NCBI GenBank assembly: GCA_002633005.1
Contig: NMRA01000179.1
Coordinates: forward strand, 581,247-645,246
From: Phoronis australis
Taxonomy: Eukaryota; Animalia; Phoronida
DNA: 64,000 nt
Reading direction: 5' to 3'
This document shows, one piece after another, positions 24,401-37,885 of the stretch. The first letter of the stretch is position 1; each line of letters begins with the position of its first letter. Below the pieces are notes generated by a model that ran no database searches, had not been told where the DNA came from, and worked only from the letters and a program-made list of their open reading frames with translations. Made by a program: the position numbers and the translations under genes.

Positions 24401-27064
24401 TTGTCTCATATAAACTACACTGAAATGAAAAAGAAACGTCATCGACAGGAATGCTAGGCCCCTGCAACCCAGTGAAAAATCGAAAACTCTTGCGAGAATT
24501 TCGAGATCTTTGGGAACCCTCTCGTGTATAGCGTTCTAAGTTTGTGGCCACCTTTCGTAGGCCTATGACGTTGACAGCCTAAGGGGTACATTCATGTGCC
24601 TGTTACAGTAGTAACACAAACGCCGAGACAGCGAAAAGACCTCTAAGGTGCTCTGTTTTCGGTACAAAATTTAGGTTTATACGGATCCTAATGTTCATGT
24701 GGATACAGTATCTCGGCGACTTTTTGTGAGAAAAACTATAAAACCGTGAAGTGAGAATCAGCCGCCAGCTCGACCGTGAGTCGACTGACTGAGAACCACA
24801 AAACAACACATCGGGGAAGTCGAGGACATTTCGTTCGTCCGTTTAAATTGTTTGGCAAAAAAAGTTCAAAACATCAAGATTGAAAGGTTTTTAAACTTTC
24901 GGGATGAGGCCCGGTTCATGGAAATTGACTTAATACTAAGTCAGATTTCTGGTCTTACGTTCCACACGACCCCAAGTATTTCCAAAAATAATTAAATCTC
25001 ACTTGAACAAACGTACAGGGCGTTCCGAGATATTTTTTAAAAATAATTTTCGGATTGTAATGAGCTCATAATATTTGTCTAAAACTTTTTTCAGCAAATT
25101 ATTGTAAAGTGGGGGCGTAAAAGAAAAATTCTGTCTAAGTCTGAAGTCAATATCAAAAAACAGACCCCAAGAAAATACTCCGAATTCTCTGCTATCGATT
25201 CTGTACACTGTTCGCGAATGCGGTCACCTTGTCAAGGTGAGTGCCACCCCCGGGTTCAATCCTTGTATAGGCCTAACTTCCTAGGGTGTATCTTGAAACG
25301 GACATGCAACCAGACCACATCGCCCGCCATGACAGCAATTCTTCGGTAAACAAGTTGATCGTTTTTTATAAATAAACACATTACATGTACACTGTATGGT
25401 TATTGCGCAGGGCAACTTTAATATACACCAGCCAAATTCAACTTACAAACGTGTGGAGTGTAATAGCATGACAAAGTATGACAGATCAGGTAAAACGCTG
25501 CACGTCAGTTCGCCTGAATATCAGGGTCGCGGTACCACAGGGTTTCCCTAATCAAATCAAAACATATTTTAACGACGCTAGTTACCTAAAAACAGCTCAT
25601 TTTTTTCAGCGTTGGATCCATCTAAAGTATCGACGGAAGCGCACGCACAATTATTATTTTTCGAGATTACAGCCAATCACAAAGCAAAGAAATTGTGATT
25701 CAGGGTAATACCCCCCTCAATTTTTGGTGGTGATTTACTTGGAGTTCACACACGCTGGCCGTGCCGCTTTTTTTTTTGGCGACGTTTTGTTTTTTAATGT
25801 ATATTGTTTGGTCCTGTACCAAGGGGCGGGGGGAGATCCGCCGCTGATAGCCATGAAACTACCGCATGTGGTAATATGACCATGAATTTGTAAGATGATA
25901 CAGGCTAGCGGTGGCTCATGAAATAAATGGTGAGACAGGGACAGAGATAAGAAATGGAACAGGCCGAGGACCGAGAAAAAGAGGGAGGGCGGGGTGTGAC
26001 TATTCCAAGCCTTACATATGAGAAATGAAACTCACGGCAAGTACTTACCTTTTAAATGATTACCAAGTATTTTAATTAGCGTGTATGCAAGTGTTATCGA
26101 CGTAAGCGTTTCCAATTTTTCTCTAGCTAATTTACCTCAGTCAGGTGGATTCAAAATAACCTAAGTTCTAAACGGCTACTCGCTTACTCAAAAGGAGGTG
26201 TAATTACAAGAAAAAACTGCTCGCAGAAGCCATGGGGAATTATCTCTCAAACACACCCTCAATCGACATAAATAAACAGTCTTTTACACAAAAGTTATTA
26301 GAAATTTTCCGAATAAAACAATAAACCTGCTTAAAGTATGTTACCTATCTCGCGCTCTAATCCGTACAGTAGCTTATATCAGGATTATTTGACTACTTTG
26401 TCACAAAATTTCTCAATTGTTTGGCGATTTATTGTAGACCCGTAAAAGTGTAAAATTTTGATAACACTTGATGTTCTCAGAATCCAAGTATGTGCAAAAA
26501 TTATACCCAGTATTCGTGTTAATATGACTGCATGTTTTCCAAAGAATAAGTTGTCTTGCATATAACCGTAAATTCTACAATCATATTTTTGCGTCAAACT
26601 TGCAAATGTAATTAGCCACATATGTGCGTCTTGGATTTTCTTTTAAAGCTCTAGAACTCGGCTGCTAAACGTGCTACATTCCTTAAAAACAAAAGTCTAA
26701 ATTTTCGATAGCCGAGCTTTTGGGCTACAAGGCCAAAAACAATATCCCAGACACTATCCTTTGCTCCTAATTGAATGGAAAAGCATATTTTAACTTTCGT
26801 GCGAAAAATTCGTGTTTTTGGAATTTTTATAGCTGTGCTCAATCACAGTTGTGCACAAAAACAATCCTGTGATTAGGAACATCTGGGTATTGCTTTTGTG
26901 CACAAAGTACATGTACGACGCTGAGAACACAAAAAAATTCAAAATAGTAGGTTTCATTTGTCTGTTACTTGAAGTTCTTATGGATAGCAGACTCCAGGTA
27001 ACCTATAGCCTTGGTATAACAATGAGTGACACCTACTGTACATGTGAACATCTCCTTTACTTAC

Positions 27065-27128
27065 CTGCAAGGCACATACAGTCGTGTAGCCACACGCTTG
27101 CGAATAGTAAATAATATTCGAATTTCAT
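27065..27128 (-). CDS. Mosaic secreted lectin-like gene, first coding exon (signal peptide MKFEYYLLFASVWLHDCMCLA)
   Basis: ATG at 27128, 21 mostly hydrophobic codons plus 1 nt, then a perfect G|GTAAGT donor. The phase-1 end joins in frame to the exon at 21081. Too short for the ORF track. Confidence 0.75.
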
Positions 27129-27354
27129 CTTCAATTATTCCGCTCTAGATGGGCAGTGTGTACATGTAAAACAGTTACTGTTTTAGCATTTCAGCGTCTT
27201 TTGCATGACATGCGTAACTATTTCCGTCAAAGCACGGCTCTGTTGACTTGTCCTCGGGAAGGTGATGATTCACAGCCTGAACCGTACAACAAATGTATCA
27301 GTTTTGTCAGCCATCCGTGTGGCAAACTGTTTATCGACACTACGTTGGGTAATG

Positions 27355-27387
27355 CAATGAGCTATACCAGGAGGGTATAGCTCATTG
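27355..27387. mobile_element. 33-bp minimal P-element-like hairpin insertion with 7-bp TSD
   Basis: CAATGAGCTATACC-aggag-GGTATAGCTCATTG, flanked by GGTAATG on both sides. Confidence 0.7.
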
Positions 27388-28857
27388 GGTAATGGAAACG
27401 AACAAAGGTTAGTTTTAAAATATTCATTTGCAAAAGTAACTTATCCGGTTGGTTGTTATTCCTTGTCGCCTTATTACAATAAACGCCAATTATGTTAAAA
27501 GCATACCGACGCCAAGCCGAAGTTTATATTCGTGAATGTCGAAAGCTCGGTGAGGTCTTCGGTCTCCTGTGTATCGGGGACATTCGGTGTACTAGATGAT
27601 TAAAGCCACGTTACCGCAAGTAAAATCCGCAAGGGTGCACAGGTTTTACACAAGTTGAATGACAGTTCAAAGTTAATTTCACCCACTAGCAAATTATCCA
27701 GCGATACGTTGTACCTTATTCAATTGACCAGACTTCAAGACACGGCTCGGTTCATGGGCGGCGAAACATAGGGGGCTGCATTTGGGCCCGGTCTCTACTA
27801 TTTTACTCAAAACTGAACTCAAAAATATTTTTGACCTTTTCCGAACTCAAGATATTTAGCTTTTATTCTGCAATCGAATATATTGTGGAGTACAAAAATG
27901 CGTGTACTGAGTTCAAATTCGCACTTGGTGACCCCTAGAATCGTGTTATAAACTGGAGTCGAAATTCGATATTTCTAGTTGTGGTTCGAAGTTTTCTTCG
28001 CTTTAATGGTGTGGTCATCTACACCAAAAGATCACTTAATTGTCCACGTGAACCACAACGTACTCGAATAGCGACCGGTAGACACTCGTACTTTGGTTAA
28101 GTACCAGAAAGTAAAACGGATGGCGTTAAACGCAGTTTCCAGTTCCACTTCGAGTGAGAAGATTATAACTCAGGCCATGGTTTTCTCTACTTTAAATATG
28201 CCTGGAACGCAATAAACAGAGTGAATTACAACACTGAAAGTGGTTCACTCTCACTGAAACAAAATTTAACCTGTTCGCCAGGCATTTGTAGGGTTATTGT
28301 AAAGATTTTTAATTTCTGTTGATATCAAAACGTTTTCTTTTAGTTTCAAATTTCAAAAAAAGCCACCAGTCAAGTGCTCGCCACCTCTTCGCTTTTTCTC
28401 CCACAGAGCAAAGCGCGTTGACGACGTAGCACATCAACTTTATGTGGGAAATGTGCATGCCTGCATTCATCATGAACTGTGAGGGAGAAAAGAAAACCTG
28501 TGGTAACCAAAGAAATTTTCCTTCACGCGTACATGTATTTCAGAAATCGCTTAAGGATAGTAATGTGAATGCTTAACATTTACAAAATTAAAGATATAAA
28601 ATCCGTAAATCGATTTTTCAACTGTGTTTGAATTAGCGAGTAATTGGGTCACATGGCCCTATTTTTGATAATATTCAGCAAAAAGAGACGTCTATTCACT
28701 GCAAAACAACGGTATCAATAACATGACAAAATTGTGTCTTTACAAATACCCTATATAACCCTCATTGCTACTCTCGTTGTCTGTCCATCACCGTAAGTTT
28801 GACACATGTACCTTACTCAATTAGCTAGAAAATACAATGTGTCATAAATGAATAAAC

Positions 28858-28887
28858 ACACATACATGTACATGTGCATATGTATGT

Positions 28888-28922
<35 letters not shown>

Positions 28923-28996
28923 CACATATATACACATACACATATTCACGTCAACATAAATATATATAGACATAAACATATACATGTGTGTGTATG
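28858..28996. repeat. Compound (CA)n/(TA)n microsatellite
   Basis: Direct inspection. Confidence 0.9.
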
Positions 28997-31900
28997 AACT
29001 TACAAAATTATATGTAAAACATATGCAGAATTTGGGGATCAGTTAGCTTAAGACAATACATTGAGATACAAATAAATATCTAAATGTATAGAAACATACA
29101 AACTGATATGTAAAATTGTGCAGCATTTGGGAGATTTCATCTGCGGCACTACTGTTACAGTTCTTGGGTTTTGTGGGCAGGTTTAAGTAAAGATACAGGT
29201 TCATGCATGCACGAGACTAAAGTTCTACATATTATCTGTACGATATGGAAACCTCATAAAGAAAATCACAGAAAACTCTGAACCCTTAGAAGCTGGCAAC
29301 GCTTTGTTTTCTTCACCACTGCATTTAGATACAGGTGTATTAGTGCAAGCTGGTAGGTGCTGTACTGTCAATGACAATATAGGTGAGGAGACGAAAAGAT
29401 GATAAAATTACGTTAAAGATTGAATGTCCAATTTAAACTTCCTGAGGTCACGTCGAATTTCAAAAATTACGTATACATGTAAGTATTCCAAGCCACATTT
29501 AAGCTTTAAAGTATACCTGGTGAGTTAAAATTAACTCTAACACAGGCGTGTGTCTGTTGTTTGAGAAACATTGGCATTAAATTTAGTCCAGTTGTATATG
29601 TATATTAAAGTTATGTTTTCGATATTGCAGTACAACGTAAATGTACATGTATTGCTTTATCGTATTTCATTATACATGTAAATCGACATGTCAGAATAAA
29701 ACTATACTGGTGAAAAAACACACTATGTTACACATGTAAGATAAGGATCGTTTTTCAGAACTGAAAATACGCTGATAATATTATTACGTGAGTTATTGCT
29801 TTGAGCGTGATTTTTTTGTTTTCCGGGTTTGCCGTGCATCTGTGTGAAGTCACAAGTTTTAAGCCTCGCCATGTTGCAATGAACTTGTTATCAATCTATT
29901 TTTCATGACATAACAATCCCAGGATGCTACTTACTTTAAACAATAATATTCGAAGCCAGAATCAGTAAAATAATAAACACTTACGACAGTTGCAAAAATA
30001 ACAAAAGGAAAGGGCACAAAACGATAAACAGGGATTGGCATTTATGTAACGTCCCAACGCGCCTTCAGGGAACACACGAGTGTTTTGAGAGAAAAAATCT
30101 ATTAGCCGAACAACATGTTCCTGCATGTACCACAGATATGGCGCTGTGAATATTTTCATACGGACAGTCGGTTGATCTTGAGAACATTTTTATCTCTTAT
30201 ACGTTGTTTATGAGTTCCAATAACGTGATACCAATCTAATTATCCAACAAGGAATTATTACTTTTGGGTGTACATGAAACACTATGAGAGGTGCATACAT
30301 GTATATGTCTGCTGTTCTATGACTTTGAATTCCGCTTGATCTCAATATTACGTATGCGTGAACGGGTTTTTCCGAGTCAACATTAAAGTCCACTCGAATA
30401 ATCACATTCATATTGATATGAATTTTCAGTTCACTAAAGCAAATCAAATTGTTCGTGTCAAGCAACCTTCATTGGCTTTTTTTCAACGGTTAATGATCTT
30501 ATTCGACAAGTCATAATTGATTAAACCTGAGATTAAACCATCACTTTAGCGTCAACGTAACGTCAAAAAACAGTATTTCGCCTTCATAGTTTACAATTTT
30601 CTGTGTGAAGAATCCGCATTAGGTAAAAAAGTAATCTATGTATTACCAAAAACATTTGAAAATGAAATGAAGTGCATTGTTTTGAAAACAAATAGTTACG
30701 ATTGCTTTATTTTCTGCTAGGCGTCACCGTGAGGTTGCCTGGGCACAAGTTACTCATTAAGTTACTACGACTTTTCAGTGCAACTTTTAAGGTAAAGCGA
30801 GTTAGCAAATTTATGTGTATTGTAAATGAGAGACTAACTCAGGTGACATAAGTCGAAGTTTTGTCACCTCAGGTTATTGATAATGCAAGCAAGAGCTTTG
30901 TACCGCCGGCGCTTAATTATTCATTAGACTAATACAAACGCAGCTTTCATAACGAACGTATACATGGGGTCATAACCAAGGTTATGCAATTAACACGTAG
31001 CCCCTGGGCTGTCTGGGTAGGAGCTACAATACTTCCCATCTGTTTTTGTACGAATTTCGCCCGTTTACTTTAAACGGGCGGTAGGTCAAATCCCGCCACC
31101 GATTAGGAGTTTTCACCTCGTACCTCCTAAAAATACATATTCCACGCCTAAAACTATGACTTAGCACTTTCTTTCTTCAGATGTCCTTTCTACTCCTACA
31201 CATATCTTCGATGAAGCTTAGTTACGAGAATAAGGTGACTTTGTCGAAGAATTCCAACTCCAACTTTTTGGTCACGGTTAACTTTTTCACCACCACCGCG
31301 ATAACCACAAAGTGTTTCAACTGAGTCACGTGAGTTACGCAAAGGCTAGCGCGAGATTGAGCGAAGCGCGTGACGCTGGCGCGTGACACTTGCAAAATAG
31401 CATGGGAAGGTATCAGGTGATATTTGTAAGATTTGTGTCCCTTGGACTTTTTATTCGTCAATATGCGTGATTTCACATACACTGTAACTTCCTCAAAGTG
31501 GCTCATGTAAGAGAAACTCGAGCAAACCGAGACAGATTTTCATCGATTTGTTCAAATTATCTTAACTGAATCGTCTCCAAACTTATGGTATGTTAATTAT
31601 AACTCCATTCCATATACGCACGCTTCATTTGATTTTATTTCCCGTATCTTGAAATTCGTAACTTTTTGTGGGGATGTACTATCGCCCCTGTATACCTGCG
31701 AAATCCTGGGCGATGTAATTGCCTAAGCCAAGGTCAATTCACAGTCTACATAACATTATCGATGAAGTTAGAATTGCCTTTGGTCCATACAGCCACGTTA
31801 TGATTATCATAGTTCAATCGGCAACATTCATGGCAGACCGGCTTGACCTAATTTCTCCATTCACGTTAACCAAAGCAAACGATCTTCAGGCCGCTTGCAT

Positions 31901-34900
31901 GTACAACATAACCAGAATATACTTATGTCAACTAAAACAGCAGCAGTAAATGTTGGTGTGTACTCTGTCTCTAATGTTGTAGTTGTTAGCTGAACTAATT
32001 AAAAGCGTTCTGAGGTCGTTGTGAGCGGCCCGAGGATTGTATTGCATTGGTTGACGTTAAAGAAGAATTTCGGTAGAGAAAATTTACCGTGAATTTTGCT
32101 GATTGAATTAGGAAAATCTGAAGGTAATTGAGGTACTTAATGGTGCCGATGTATACAAATAATATAACCAACCAGTATTATAGTCGCAGATTAAATGTGT
32201 GACGTATGTTGTTCCTTCCTCTGGAATACAAGTCTTAGGGCGGAATGGTTGCTTAGTACAGTGTATTTACGAAGAACGTTTAGAAGTGCAATCACTAAAA
32301 ACTTCATCTGAAAAAATAAGTTGTTGAATATTTGGCCGTCTAATAGCCACAAACATTATGAAACGGATGATCATCAGCAAGTGATTCGACGAACTGAGGA
32401 GTCCGTCAAACAATGGGTAGTAACGTTGCCTGGCTGGTGGGCGTAACGTAAGGCCATCTAAGCGAATCAAATATTTCGAAAGTTCACACTTTCTTTAAAA
32501 TGTATCCACGTGATCAAGCACCACCTGAGCTCGTACATTTCAAATGTTGGGAAGTTATAAAGTGACAGGCATAACTGCCCAACGTTTGCAAAATAATAGA
32601 ATATGTCCCATTAACCATAATATACACTGTATGTTATCTGTCAACAAAAAAATATCAAACAAAGGATGTACGTTTTTATATAACATAGCGTCTTTATCGT
32701 CACTAACGAAATTAAAGATTAACAATTCAGCTTAAAAGTTCAAATGTGTGTTTAGAAATGTACGATCTAGCTTAATGTTTGACTTGTTGAGCAGAAAGTT
32801 CTATTAAAATCCAATAAAGGCTTAAGGTCTGAAATTCCCGTTGACGCAACCTCTTCTTTCGAATGGGCACTCTTTCGGGAGAAAGTTGAAATGTTGAGAA
32901 ATAATTATTGCAAAACGGGTTTCCGGTACGTTCTTTTAGATGAATTTTCATAAGGTGTTTGCCTAAGCCGACTTTTTCACAGCCAAAAGCCGTGCCATGA
33001 CATTCTGCGTTACTGCCTTGTAATCTACCGCAGCAAAGTTGTACTTCCAACCCACGTGCATGTAGAAAGCTCATCCTCGTCTATTTCTCCAGTCTATAAG
33101 TCTACACCTGGAGAAAACAAGAAAGTCGAAATGGATAGGATTTGAGATAAACAAGGACGAAGAAACAAGTATAAGCAATCGGTAATCCGTCAAATGTCCT
33201 TGCAAATGTCAACTCTGTGATCTCGCGGAAATTGACTACAAAAAGTCGATATCCGGTGGTGCTACTACATGATATTATATTTTGGACTAGGCTATTTAAT
33301 ACGCATTTCCCCCAGACCGATTAGGAAATTGTAGAATTCTAAGAGAAATCTTGTTTCAATAAAAGATCTCAAAGTATTTCTCAAAAGCTGGAAGATGTAT
33401 CAAAATGATTGCTTAAATTCAACTTGAAAAAGCAATTGGCTATTTGACGTCATCTTTCTCTAATGCTGTCTACATTTCCTACAAAATGATTCTTTAGAGC
33501 ATTTTTCAATGCTCCTGTTGACATTTCCTGCAAGATTAAATATCTATTCAGTTCATTACTCGGCAGGCTTGCTGATTTCGGAAATAGCAAGCTGCAACCC
33601 GTCGCCCGTTAAGAAATTCACAAAGGTGTGAAAATTGCAATGAAAGAGTCTTTGCATTTCGAAATATCGGCCCATTGGTCTATCAGCCCTTGCATGCGGA
33701 AACTTCATTTCGGGCTATCGGCGTTTCGGATCAATGACTTCGAACTATCCATCGGATCCCCTTCTAATTCGTACTTTTTGTGTGCACTAACTGGCACATA
33801 ACTCGAGAAGTAGTTTGAGGCTTGGAATGTTTAGGAAGTTTATATTGATTCAACAAGTCAAGGTCTGCCACAGACGTCATTCCCGCAGTGAACTCCAAAA
33901 TATTACCCGCGCTGCTTTGTATGGCCATTGGCGCCATAAATGCAATTAAAGAAATTTTGTCTACAATCATTGGTAAAGCGTACTGTACGCAACAAACAAG
34001 ACCGTACATATACATGTACATGTACAAGTGAAGTACGTTACGACGAAGCCATGGATGGACCTGGCTTGCGAAAGAAACAGGCGCATACATGTACATGTGT
34101 ACAGTGTACATTATCAAGTTAGTCAGTGAATCTTCCCAATCAAATTATGCTTCTGAAAACTAAGGCTAATCTAGTGAAACAGTTTGTGTATCCAGTGAAT
34201 AAGCGATTTCAACTGCAGGTCACCATTTCAGTGTCATTCTTGGTTAAATTACTCTTTTCTGGTTATGGGTAAATTTCCAAAGCGTTCTATTGGTGACAGC
34301 GCAGACGGTAGTTTTGACTCGCTTCAGGTTTGTCGAAAACGCAAAGCATAAATTAAATCTTCCCGGATATATACAGACACTCAACTCAAATTTATACAAT
34401 TTATTTGAAGAAAGGCTATACTGTACGTGGATGGCATGCCAGCTAAAAAATTTACACGTACATGTGCCTGTCAGTTTGCATGGGGATCGGGGAGTTGAGT
34501 CGAACGAACTGGCTGTTTGATTGACAGCAAGTAGTGCCTTTTAAAGCAAGCGCACTATTACATTCACCACTAGTCTTACCGTCAGCTTGAAATGTAGCAA
34601 TACGAGTGGACTGTTGATTTCTTAGAAGTAACAAATACAGCCACGAAAATTTATTTTCTTATTTCGTTTTACGTAACAAGTTGTTGCCAGTTGTCAACAC
34701 TAAAAATATTTTCTCGAAACCAATACTGGCATTGCTTTAAACCCACTTTCCTTTTCCGTGGTAGGTTGAAAGAACCACGCGTTCCATAACCTCCCAGTCA
34801 TTCAAAATAGGTTAGCTGACAGAAATCAACATTTCCAGAAGCAGTTGTAAACCTTTTAACACCTGTTTAGAAAAAGGAAATAATTGTGTATCGAAGCTGG

Positions 34901-37778
34901 GTGGAAAAGATTTTTGCAACACACCCCAATAGATGGCGATGTGCATGTCTCTCAGACTCGATAGAAAACATCTTACCCGAATCTTGAAGTGAATTATGTA
35001 TGTATTTGTGTTGCTAGAAATCAAAGCGATGATATCCTATAAGTAAGACTTATTAATCTTCAAACAGGCCAGGCTGTATGTTGGTCACACCAGGACATTA
35101 AGTTTTCGGCAAAGACACTCTTGATTCATGGCGTGGGGAAAAACTGAGAGGTTTGCGTACAGGAACATGTTTACATCAAGGACATGTAGTCGTTAGCACC
35201 CTGTGCTGTAGTTTGATTTATTTCAACATTGCCGTTACCTCAGGTAACATTTTGGCTTGCGACTGAAAGTTTCACAAACTTATGTTCTCAGGGGTCACTT
35301 CATGCACTGTACCTTTTTCGGCGTGTCTCTAAATGCTTAATCACGTGTAACAAGAAAATACAACGAAAACAGACTGTGATATCTTACTTGGAATCATTAT
35401 TTCTATGAGAAAGGAGTTCTACTGAGTTTCACATTTTAAATGAAATTATTCATTTGGTGTACGAATACAGCACTGTCACGTCTTGTATGCAGAAACACGT
35501 ACTGTTGCCCATTGATATCCAAAGTGTATGAGTAAATGATTTCTCACACCACTGTAAAAAAAAACAAGCAATATAATCTTCTTACTCGTTTCAAATAGTG
35601 TGGGGGGTGCATAGTTTCACTAAACGGGTAAAGTGGTTTTTTTTGTTCTCAAGGTCACTGCAGCATTTGGATAATGCTTCTTCTCCGCTCTTACGGTCAG
35701 AGTAGCCAGCAGAGAATTGTTAAAGTAGTTCTGCCTTACTATAATAATTCTTAGTGATATGAATGGCGAAGCATGTTACTGGAGGTTATGCCAAAGCCTC
35801 AGTTGCACATTCAGTGGCTTAGAGAATGAAAATTGTTAGGATAAATGGATGTTGGAACAATAGTTTTCTGTACGCTCCTCACAATATGATGATGTTTTTT
35901 GTTTATTGGTCACCTTTGGGTTCTAATTAATTTGCATTGCAAGCCTAAGCACGTGACCCGCTCTAGTTTATGATGGGCCGTTGGGGGGAAAGTTTCGCCA
36001 GAAAAATACGAGCGTAATTATGTACATTTCGCCGTTATTTACACCCTTAATTACGCCGTAAAATTACTAGAGTTATTCAATTCTTTACGGCGTGAAATTA
36101 CACTTGTAATTTAGTTTAAACTTTTAACAAATGACGTTCGGTTTAACAACTCACTGTCGTGCGCTCTCATGTAAATATTTATTTGCTGCCGGGTTACATG
36201 TGTACGCTACGAGCACTGAATCATGCCTGTTTTTTTGCTAATAATGATTAAGTTTAAGACAGAAGGCATTGGCGTAAAGTCGTGTTTAACAGCCTACACA
36301 AACAGACAAATAGCTTCGTATAATTTGAAGCAACATAAATATGGACATTTGTGTCTCAGATACTGTAATATTTAGCAATTTTCTTAACGCCTACCGTTAG
36401 TAATGAGAGCAAAGGTACATAGTTATTCCATTAACAGATAATGAAACCGTATATAAATCAGTTGAGTGTATCATGATCGTCATAATTTATTCATCGTTTT
36501 TTGTTAGCTTATCCTGTATCGGTTTCACTTTTTCCCGCAAGGCCAAAACACTGAAATATACTCATTGTTTAACTGTGTATCATACTGTACATGCAAACGA
36601 ACTGTATTGTTATTACAATGGCGTCTAATTGTGATCCATCTCCATGTGTGTTTGTATGGCAAGGTGCCAAGTTGACAACGAGTAACGGTGTACAGTAGTA
36701 AACGTTAGAGCAGGGCTGTAAGCGAGTTTGTTGAAATTGCACACGCCTTTGAGGAATCGTCGTTCATTACAACTGTGGCTAAATCCCGAGGCGAAAATGG
36801 ACCACAAGCTGTGGTAGGCTAAACTGGACACTGTTGTCGCGTCGTTTGGCGTATTTTTAACTACGTCTAATGAAATAATTTGAGCGTGCCACTACGACCT
36901 TAAAAGTTTGTAGTGGAACGCTCAAATTATTTCTGTTTATCCGGGTCCTTAAAATTCACATTTTTAGCACTAGCGGTGTTCAATTTCAATGTTAAAGTGG
37001 TCTTGACCCGTGTGACACCTGGAATAGAATTAAAAATAGATGATTATAGTAAGTAAAATGTCATTAATGTACTGTCTATATTAATTTGAATGGAAATTTA
37101 TTGTCCGAATCCTAATGTCACACAGTTACATCGTGATTATTTCTGGTGTAGATGTACTTGTGATGTGTGGGACGAATAAAAATGTCCTCCGTTCGGACAC
37201 ATGCCCTTTAGAGCTATGAGAGATGCATCGTCTTCAAGACCATAGTTTTGTAATACACTTACATTCGTAAACTTGAAAATTTGTTTTTCGAAATTCGCTA
37301 ACATATTTATATTAGCGTGTCCAGTGGCTATGACCTTCGGGTTTTTTCCCGAGTTTATTACGTACTGACTAAACCTTAATCTTTAATAATGTGATCAATC
37401 AAGAAAATCGTATAGCGGGCTGCCAAATCCGAAGAAATATGGATAGAAACAGCATCATCTAGGAATATCATGTCTTAAACTTTTTCACGGACTTTATGCA
37501 CTATTTTCGACAAACTTGATTGTTTTGTTCGAAAATTGAAAATTATGTTTATTTTTTATGATCTACAAAGGGGTGTGTGACGGCAGGGATTGTTTTTAAG
37601 GTCTTTGAGTTCCAGAAATCCGCTGTCAAAAATCAAGACTTTCGTTTTTTTTCAAAAATGTTGACGTCTTGATACATTACTCTGAATTATTCTTGCAAAA
37701 AGCCATATTGTTTTCGAGCACTTAATAAGATTCATTAACATTTAGTAAAGTGCTAAATAAGGCTCATACACGGACAGA

Positions 37779-37818
37779 TACACACGCACACATGCGTGTA
37801 CGCGCAAGCACAAACACA

Positions 37819-37856
<38 letters not shown>

Positions 37857-37885
37857 CACACACACACACACGCACGCACACGCAT
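37779..37885. repeat. (CA)n microsatellite
   Basis: Direct inspection. Confidence 0.95.
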
